Source: Phoronis australis
Lineage: Eukaryota > Animalia > Phoronida
Length of the DNA: 64,000 bases
Direction of reading: 5' to 3'
Assembly (NCBI GenBank): GCA_002633005.1
Contig: NMRA01000028.1
Coordinates: forward strand, 1,583,505-1,647,504
Shown here piece by piece: positions 60,001 through 64,000 of this stretch; the stretch's first letter is position 1, and each line of letters opens with the position of its first letter. Position numbers and translations under genes: made by a program. The notes beneath the pieces were generated by a model that saw only the letters and a program-made list of their open reading frames with translations, made no database searches and was not told the origin of the DNA.

Positions 60001-63000
60001 GGTAGCCTCCAGAGCTATCCACTGATTTCAATAGCATAACCAAGTTTCCTTTGATATATATATTCAAGGTAAAATCTCAAAAACACTGTTACAATTTTAA
60101 TTTTTTTACAGTATGATGGTTACTTTTTTTGTACCACATGGGGTTGCTGTATAGTGCTTAAGTAGTGATATTTTTTCATTGGTTTGTTGTGGTCATGTGT
60201 TTATTTAATAAGCACTAGTCGCTTCTGTTAGGTTTGCTGTGTTTGATAGCCAACGTTGTTTTCCTCAGATGCTAGTCAGCTCATAAAATTGAATGATGTA
60301 AGATGGTTATTGAGATTTGTTTCCCTGGTGTAGGTCACTTTATTCTTTGAATATGTGGGGCAGTGTGACATGGTCTGGCCTGCTAAACACCTTTATTTTA
60401 TCTGTTTTAGCTCAAGTCAAACTTAATAAGAATATTGACAGAGAAACTACCAAGCAGCTGACCTTTGTTGCCCAAGTTCAGGATAAGGCAGGTCATTACA
60501 GTACTATAAGAGTTAATGTAACTGTGGAGGATGCCAATGACAATGACCCTGTATTTATTGACTTTAAGTCACCAATACATGTGCCGGAGAACAAGGATGC
60601 ACCGTTTGTTGCTGTAACTGTAAATGCGACGGATAAAGATGAGGACGAGAATGGACGTATCGAGTACTCCTTGAAACCTGATGGTGTTCCATTCTCTATT
60701 AATAAGACCACTGTAAGTTGTAATGGGATTTAGTCATTTTGCTTAATTTAATATTTTGAATGTCTGTAGTGATGTATACCAGGTCTGTTCATTATGGTTT
60801 TGGCTAAATTAGATTCAACTGCGTAATACATTTGGTTGTTGTGCATTGGCAACTATACTATCAAAATTGCCCGAGTCTTGGTAGAACAGCCATTGGCATT
60901 CTGTTGGTATATATTTTTTCTCTTGTTAAAAATTAAGACCTTACCCAATTGGTTAATAAGGTAATTCTTGTATTAAGAATTACTATGTACCGTATTCGCC
61001 GTAATAACCGCCCATGCCCCTATAAGCGCCCCCCCACGCGTTTTCAGACTTTGCTAAAATAAGCCCCCAGTCCATGAACGTGTACGTGCGAAAAATGCCT
61101 TACCTACAGTCCTCAAATTTTACAGTAACATCTTCAATTTATTAATAATATCCGAAAGTCCTGAAAAAAATCATTGTGGGCAGAATTTGTAGACCACGAG
61201 TATTTAGCCGTGACTAGGCCTATGCACTTCAAACTTCCACCATGCCTCAAAACGAACACAAATGCTTTGCTGATCTTGCGAGGACCAATGGTCTGGCCAT
61301 TCAGAACAGACGTAGTGTACTTGTCTACGGGATTGCTTTGTAGATGTTTCCTGCTTTCAACAGGAATCCAAATTTCTTTGTACATATGAAAACTGCGAAT
61401 CGAAGACTAATAAAAAGCATGGCCAGTGTGAAAAGCATGTGGCCAGGAATCGCGCGGTACATACATGAACCTGTCATCAAAAGACATTAGTCGGGAACTA
61501 TCCATTCATGAAACGGGTAGCATAGCATCAGCAAGAAATGAATATTGGCACTAATTTCCGACAGTTTCTAATACTATAAAAAATGTTTGTGTTATTTTTA
61601 AGATAGATTGTTTGATTAACCATAATTGGTGTTTTTAAGCCAAATATCCGATAAAATGACCACTGACAGTGAATGCTTACACACCCTTACACCGATAAAT
61701 AACTGTTAGATAGTTACGTACGCATCCAGCTACACGGCGACTAATATGGGCCTTACCAAGACAAATGTCGAACGTTTTTAGCACATGAGACCAGCAAGTG
61801 CTGAATTAAACACGCTCTGGTTTAGGCCTAGATACAATGCACATCTAGCTTGTTAGATTGCGTGGCTCTGGCCAAAAGACGGTCTCTGCTCTGGCAAATG
61901 AACTCTGGTGACACGCATGCGCTCGCTTACTCACAAATGCAAACGAACTTCAAAACAAACGTCACGTGACAACAACATGTGTGTTCTTCCAGACATTTTT
62001 CTGGTGTTGCTGATCATACATGTAGATGGCACGATGTAGCACAGATTTGTACTTAAACCTGCCGTTAATCTTGACTCCATGGGAACTTAAAAATCTTAGG
62101 AATGCTACTTGGAAAACTTAAGGAGCATTTCAGGTAATTTGTCGAAACTGTATTTTTATTCAAGCATTCAAGTCGCCATGTCGACGATTGCGAGGCAGTC
62201 AGTCGGCGAGTTTTCGCTCTGAGATTTCAGCACAGTTTTCTGTAAAATGATCGTAATTTAGCAGCAAAGTTTGATAGCAATACACCACCGTTTTGTAGAA
62301 AGTCTTTCATAGATTACAGATACGTCACAGAGTGTAAATATGATGAATCTTAGCTTCCGATTTCACCCGTTTCGGAGACCGGGTTTCAACCGCCTTGGGT
62401 TATAATAAGCGCCCCCCCACCGAAACACCCTGGGCGGTTATTACAGCAAATACGGTACTTACAAATGTCCATTATTGTGATGCACAAATGGGGACCTGCA
62501 TGTTCTGCCTCCGTTTTTGTATCTACTCTACCCCTGGGAAGATCTTCATGAGATTTGGAAAATTCATTTCTATGAGTTAGGTGGTGCAAGTGTCACTTTT
62601 GAACAGTGCACCCTTTAACAACCATGGTCTAAGTACTGTACTCATCTGGGTTACTGCCCCAGGCCCTTACATTGATCATCAAAATCAGAAGTGGACGTTA
62701 AGTTGAGTTTGGCATGTAAACATGGAATTTTTGAGGTGTCGGGGATTCGTGTTTTCCCGAAGTGTTTATTCGCTTATACAAATGCCATACCTGTTTTTTT
62801 GCGCAAAAGTATTATTAATTGTGGTGTGAGTCAAAGGAATCTTTTCGAGTTTCCTTCCGTAAACAGTGTTTACTTTTCCACCCGATTATGGCATGGTGTC
62901 TCTGGAACTTAGTATTTGTTAGCCAAAGGTTAGTGATTTGAGTATATTTCAAGACCTAAACTTCTCGTGGGACTGTGTTCACAAAGACATTGGCATTGTT

Positions 63001-63763
63001 GAGGCAGACTCGGTCGTATGAATCAAGGGCGAGCGATAAGCTGAGCTTGGGCATTGAACTGAGAAATCTTCGGAGGTTTGCATTAAGCTAAACATGTGGG
63101 TTAACCCAGACAAGTCTGTACTGCATTTACATGTCTAAGGTCTCAAAAGACCTGGACATGTCACTGCTAAAAAAAACATTTTTACCTACTAATTGGCACA
63201 ATGTGAGACACTGATGTCTGCTTGCTTGAAGTGATCTGATACGAACTGTAATGACTGTTTTATAGGGCGAGATCACTGTCACAAAAACACTGGACAGAGA
63301 AAATCAATCTTCTTATAAGCTTTCCATTGAAGCTAAGGACAGCGCCCCCTCTCCACGAACTGTGACGAAAATACTAGACATCGTTGTTGATGATGAAAAT
63401 GATAACCAACCCCGTTTCACTAAGTGTAGTGAGAATGCAGAAGTTTTGGAAGATGCATCCCGTGGTTTTCCAGTGACCAAAGTCATGGCTGTAGATGGTG
63501 ATAAAGGAGAAAATGCAGAAATACGTTACACCTGTTGTGGGTCTACAAATGCCTCGTTGTTGTTTAAAGTTGATAGTGTCACAGGCCAGCTGTCTGTTAA
63601 TGAAAGTCTGAAGAATCAAGTGGGACATTACAATGTGGTCATCACTGCTAGCGATAATGGATCGGTGCCATTATCGGCAACGTGTACCATCAAAGTTCAG
63701 ATTAAAGATGTCAACGACAACGCTCCAACTTTCATCGGGGCTGACACATTTTACGTTATGGAG
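9023..63763 (+). CDS. Large non-classical cadherin (CDH23/Cad87A/CDHR-like), 5' portion; 21 coding exons, 1244 aa in window, continues beyond the window end
   Basis: Exons 9023-9068, 11962-11985, 17867-17941, 23360-23541, 26646-26699, 30559-30741, 32726-32827, 36134-36256, 38171-38249, 39386-39489, 41430-41660, 43249-43407, 45788-45952, 47819-47886, 51425-51659, 53609-53845, 55158-55230, 55514-56089, 59438-59653, 60411-60712, 63266-63763. All have AG/GT boundaries and compatible phases (3732 nt, no stops). There are 11 DxND-type linkers plus repeated DRE/LDYE and AxDxD Ca-binding motifs. The N-terminal NSPP and EC1 DGDGD resemble the CDH23 family. Confidence 0.9.
10139..11010 (-). mobile_element. 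L1/Tx1-clade LINE 3' fragment (zf-RVT C-terminus, 3' UTR, poly-A)
   Basis: ORF 10577-10858 has QFKLLHRILVTN...CTFC...ETVDHIFFEC; AATAAA and an A-tail on the - strand at 10139-10170; 5' limit approximate, N at 10903. Confidence 0.85.
11962..11985 (+). CDS. Putative 24-nt cadherin microexon, (E)CGRSAKT, phase 1-1
   Basis: ttgtttttgtacacatag acceptor and gtaagt donor; frame-preserving; supplies a plausible signal-peptidase site (GRS|A). Confidence 0.55.
14548..16015 (-). mobile_element. TA-TSD, CCGTA-TIR (Tc2/pogo-like) element carrying a HIRAN-like ORF, copy A (left tip missing)
   Basis: Right end GGCGAATACGG-TA; colinear with 60990-62455. Confidence 0.8.
14652..14970 (-). pseudogene. Frameshifted HIRAN-like ORF, copy A
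   Basis: SSIRGFHVYKEIWIPV...NPFDKYAVSVLKGQTILGHVPRKISKTFAFF/LKHGGSLQCIV...KYRHSGEARGRQIP...KLKTLL*. Confidence 0.7.
16645..17572 (-). mobile_element. Degenerate Kolobok-type derivative related to 49252-50212
   Basis: THAP remnant on - at 17189-17371 (NISVFKFPKDVKVA...TLCSAHFKESCFDQTQKRHYDEGLV), acidic ORF start on + at 16917 (MAKHNISEDNDDFELELDNYH), TTAA at 17573; left end uncertain. Confidence 0.6.
17867..17941 (+). CDS. Cadherin exon: STNSPPRIVSGFKQFLALQENVPVG (start of EC1)
   Basis: ttgtag acceptor, gtaagt donor, NxPP and ENxPVG motifs. Confidence 0.85.
18099..19846 (+). mobile_element. Helentron-associated non-autonomous element (HINE/DINE-like) with internal tandem array, copy 1
   Basis: 5' hairpin TGCGCCCACATAT-tt-ATATGTGGACGCA, (GTCC)n, about 12 monomers averaging ~140 bp, 3' sub-TIR gtgg.cgcatt plus short stem-loop and ctcttgt end. 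Confidence 0.85.
21538..23027. mobile_element. Foldback/long-TIR element (arms ~21538-21685 and ~22880-23027) hosting nested insertions
   Basis: aaaattggttaaatacacgacacttgt...cctcggaacaaaatttgacattca is mirrored by tgaatgtcaaacttggttccgagg...acaagtgtcatgtatttaaccaatttt; true termini not resolved. Confidence 0.6.
22095..22588. mobile_element. PIF/Harbinger (Tourist-like) MITE
   Basis: TIRs GGGCCTTTCATACTAAC / GTCAATATGAAAGGGCC, 3-bp flanks AAA/TAA, internal cagtatgaacgcttaact repeats. Confidence 0.65.
23360..23541 (+). CDS. Cadherin exon (EC1: TEDGDGDKLTY...MIDRE)
   Basis: catag acceptor, gtgagt donor, DxDxD and DRE motifs. Confidence 0.9.
24340..26010 (+). repeat. Degenerate ~100-110-bp tandem array interrupted by a MITE
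   Basis: Repeated catgacgtcatcaacaggc...gagacacagaacacgcatttcaactaattcagctattcccactaattgctgcgccacc units on both sides of 24621-25792. Confidence 0.7.
24621..25792. mobile_element. hAT-like MITE with ~180-bp imperfect terminal inverted arms
   Basis: ATGGGTGAAAAAG... / ...TTTTCTCACCCATG, mirrored catgaccgcc and ggaccg subterminal repeats; TSD only partly preserved (aaata). Confidence 0.7.
26646..26699 (+). CDS. Cadherin exon VYSRIIFKIMLNDRQSGG (EC1 F strand)
   Basis: ttacag acceptor, gtgagt donor, phase 0-0; fills the strand otherwise missing between DRE and the next exon. Confidence 0.8.
26868..27095. repeat. ~33-bp minisatellite, about 7 degenerate units
   Basis: ctcagccgtcatgac.gggaattcctg.ttgc repeated. 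Confidence 0.8.
27330..27690 (+). mobile_element. Old fragment of the HINE-like array family
   Basis: ccatctagtggcag, cgactacc.gtgtg, tgaaatttggcat and tatctcctaaacc motifs shared with 18099-19846. Confidence 0.55.
27850..27922 (-). pseudogene. tRNA-derived sequence (A and B boxes), not a functional tRNA
   Basis: Reverse complement ...TGGCGTAGTGGTAAA...GAGTTCGAAAC...; acceptor and anticodon stems do not pair. Confidence 0.6.
28469..28630. repeat. ~160-bp imperfect palindrome ending a putative non-autonomous element (~27750-28630)
   Basis: TAGATTATTACATG..GTCGTTATCCCC..TGGATTTTG.AGAATTAT.GCC mirrored on the right arm. Confidence 0.85.
28850..30072 (+). mobile_element. CCGTA-TIR HIRAN-carrying element, copy B (inverted relative to A and C; one end lost)
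   Basis: Terminal GGCAAATATGG-TA; HIRAN-like remnant at 29628-29939 (IRGFHV...NPFDKYAAYVLKGQTMMGHVPQK...FFLKHG...GLQIP). Confidence 0.8.
30559..30741 (+). CDS. Cadherin exon (TVVSPQITVVILDENDNAP...ATDRDLNPQLTFSLGQ)
   Basis: ttttag/gtaagt; DENDNAP linker. Confidence 0.93.
30905..32269 (+). mobile_element. HINE/DINE-like element with tandem array, copy 2
   Basis: Same 5' hairpin, expanded (GTCC/CATC)n, 8 monomers, 3' gtgggcgcatttcaa...ctcttgt. Confidence 0.85.
32726..32827 (+). CDS. Cadherin exon DNDFAIDRTTGNVKLIKKLDYEESSQHQVEIIVK
   Basis: ttcag/gtactg; FxIDxxTG and LDYE motifs; absent from the ORF track. Confidence 0.92.
33451..35859. mobile_element. Non-autonomous DNA transposon with CATAGAC termini (P-element-like)
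   Basis: ~85-bp imperfect TIRs CATAGACATC..AGACCGG..TGCAGCT..TGACGCCATATTGGAGAGTGCT; 8-bp flanks ccccacac/ttccacac. Confidence 0.7.
36134..36256 (+). CDS. Cadherin exon DNDDVHNATTYLVVTVIDVENKPPKFTKEAQLVSVKEDTKP
   Basis: ttttag/gtttgt; variant linker DVENKPP. Confidence 0.9.
37281..37998. mobile_element. Putative non-autonomous element with A...A'-hairpin architecture (Crypton-like, tentative)
   Basis: tatttatcccacgcgcgttgaat (37283) is inverted at 37861-37883, followed directly by a 112-bp palindrome at 37883-37994. Confidence 0.55.
38171..38249 (+). CDS. Cadherin exon GTILDYVAAEDGDTGIRNQINYTLVG
   Basis: ccag/gtttgt; AxDGD motif. Confidence 0.9.
38312..39107 (+). mobile_element. MITE family K1 copy with an internal 40-bp tandem expansion and a gap
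   Basis: TTAA-GGTTATGT start, K1 internal motifs. Confidence 0.55.
38718..38879. repeat. Perfect 40-bp tandem repeat x4, running into an N gap (further units at 39020-39078)
   Basis: acttaaaatactgtagttttgttaatatttaagtgaatgc. Confidence 0.95.
39386..39489 (+). CDS. Cadherin exon NHDSFDVLSNGSLVLTKPIDRDNLTSPSFTLTVM
   Basis: ttcag/gtaatg; IDRD motif. Confidence 0.9.
39691..40939 (+). mobile_element. HINE/DINE-like element with tandem array, copy 3
   Basis: Same termini; 3' stem-loop CAACGC-tcc-GCGTTG; 8 monomers. Confidence 0.85.
41430..41660 (+). CDS. Cadherin exon AYEVV...DVNDEKPTF...MVVTDKDL
   Basis: ttcag/gtgatt; DVNDEKP linker. Confidence 0.92.
41859..42553 (+). mobile_element. piggyBac 5' fragment with a decayed transposase N-terminus
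   Basis: TTAA-CCCTTT terminus, acidic start MASGENDYSSDSD, then LYAQQKIATSPNQKWQPTCRDEMKAFFCIGI matching the piggyBac N.YA.Q...W...EM.AF pattern. Confidence 0.75.
43249..43407 (+). CDS. Cadherin exon GVNAYFNLSIE...ILDFEKLESVSIN
   Basis: ttcag/gtaagt; LDFE motif. Confidence 0.92.
43536..44034 (+). mobile_element. MITE family K1 copy abutting K2 copy 2
   Basis: Aligns with 655-1157; ends cctgcataagc-TTAA. Confidence 0.65.
44039..45723 (-). mobile_element. Kolobok-type element K2 with THAP remnant, copy 2 (inverted)
   Basis: TTAA flanks, TIRs AGGAGCATGCCACCC / GGGTGGCATTCTCCT; ORF 45090-45551 MLRCIVPACPN...RLP...RKWL...RVCG. Confidence 0.85.
45788..45952 (+). CDS. Cadherin exon VVARETRT...NLNDNDPKF...NSIR
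   Basis: tttag/gtatgt; NLNDNDP linker. Confidence 0.92.
46207..46265. repeat. 59-nt hairpin with a perfect 18-bp outer stem
   Basis: GCTGTCATGGCAACTGAC...GTCAGTTGCCATGACAGC. Confidence 0.85.
46843..47585. mobile_element. Possible TTAA-flanked Kolobok-type MITE
   Basis: TTAA-GGTACGTA ... AAGTGTATC-TTAA, weak TIR only. Confidence 0.35.
47819..47886 (+). CDS. Cadherin exon ASDEDKGDFGVIKYSIKGSSADL
   Basis: ttcag/gtaagt; ASDxD motif; ends in phase 2. Confidence 0.92.
48599..48771. repeat. Exact 85-bp tandem duplication
   Basis: ctatataatttgtttgtcagaatagcc...ggctataactatta occurs twice. Confidence 0.95.
49252..50212 (+). mobile_element. Internally deleted Kolobok-type element: THAP start on +, acidic (KolX-like) ORF start on -
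   Basis: TTAA flanks, TIRs AGTGTACACAACATG / CATGGTGTGTACTGT; MKRCVCGGCSN...VF/PKDAKVAQQW...LCSAHF at 49490-49728; acidic ORF 50008-49763 with a PYKLDP motif. Confidence 0.85.
50363..50565. repeat. (AAT)n-rich low-complexity tract
   Basis: Directly visible. Confidence 0.8.
51425..51659 (+). CDS. Cadherin exon FRINNSTG...FDAE...ALDGGG...DENDEAPKF...LQVE
   Basis: ttcag/gtatgc; DENDEAP linker. Confidence 0.93.
53609..53845 (+). CDS. Cadherin exon ATDGDAT...IDRE...AHDTGRPSL...IRVQ
   Basis: ttttag/gtaacc; ATDGD, IDRE and AxDxGxP motifs. Confidence 0.93.
55158..55230 (+). CDS. Cadherin exon DENDNAPVFNKHVYSASFYENRTE
   Basis: ttcag/gtaatt. Confidence 0.93.
55514..56089 (+). CDS. Cadherin exon spanning EC7-EC8
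   Basis: ttcag/gtgagc; ASDGD, FDYE, DVNDEKP, ATDPD, LDRE motifs. Confidence 0.95.
56066..58605 (+). repeat. ~1.27-kb near-identical direct duplication (56066-57329 vs 57333-58605) across an N gap
   Basis: Scattered SNPs and 9 bp of net indel; the junction is the N at 57330. Confidence 0.95.
58605..58749. repeat. tRNA-derived core (B box on -) enclosed by ~42-bp inverted repeats
   Basis: GTCAGCACACCATCCATTGGCCACATCAAGTGACCTAATG / CATTAGGTTACATGGTGTGACCAACAGATGGCGTGCTGAC; core reverse complement GGTTTGAGTCCCAGTCCGG. Confidence 0.7.
59438..59653 (+). CDS. Cadherin exon SLTITLIDVNDYTPKF...ADDYD...SQSQS
   Basis: tgcag/gtttgt; phase 1-1. Confidence 0.9.
59685..59867. repeat. 60-bp tandem repeat x3
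   Basis: aaggggtcatgtggtattatcataaagattcatttaaa(a/g)ttatgtgggaccttatcaaca. Confidence 0.95.
60411..60712 (+). CDS. Cadherin exon QVKLNKNIDRE...DANDNDP...ATDKD...FSINKTT
   Basis: ttttag/gtaagt. Confidence 0.94.
60990..62455 (-). mobile_element. CCGTA-TIR HIRAN-carrying element, copy C (complete, 1466 bp)
   Basis: TA TSD, 25-bp TIRs CCGTATTCGCCGTAATAACCGCCCA (2 mismatches); HIRAN-like remnant at 61120-61406 on -. Confidence 0.88.
63266..63763 (+). CDS. Cadherin exon GEITVTKTLDRE...DENDNQP...DVNDNAPTF...VME
   Basis: tatag/gtaagg; two linkers. Confidence 0.95.
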
Positions 63764-64000
63764 GTAAGGTCATGTTTCAAAGCTTACCTAGTGACTGTGT
63801 AAATCTGAATATTGACATGTCCTGTGTAGGTATCATCAATGGGTGTAGGATATTCATGTTGCCATGGCAGCAGTTTGTTCAGTTGCTTAAAGTTATAATA
63901 CTAAAGGTACCACGTAGCATTGTCTATAGTGTTCTAGTGGATACGTAGTAGTCATGGCATGCCCTGTGGTTGTAAGCACATTGCATACGTTACACTGAAG

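Overview
AT-rich, intron-rich animal genomic DNA, probably from an invertebrate (taxon not determinable from this window), with single-N scaffold gaps at 10903, 34707, 38880 and 57330. The backbone is the 5' part of one large + strand non-classical cadherin gene of the CDH23/Cad87A/CDHR type. I reconstructed 21 GT-AG coding exons by hand (9023-63763). They splice in consistent phase into 1244 codons: a signal peptide, no prodomain, 11 complete cadherin repeats and the start of a 12th; the gene continues past the window. The introns are full of mostly non-autonomous transposons: four TTAA-flanked Kolobok-type derivatives with THAP remnants (two also with a convergent acidic ORF start), three TA-flanked CCGTA-TIR elements carrying a decayed HIRAN-like ORF, three Helentron-associated (HINE/DINE-like) elements whose ~145-bp tandem monomers each carry a CTCF-consensus-like motif, hAT/Harbinger/P-like MITEs, a piggyBac fragment, an L1/Tx1 3' end, tRNA-derived pieces and long hairpins. 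A ~1.27-kb duplication across the N at 57330 is probably an assembly artefact. All family names come from recognising motifs by eye, not from database searches.
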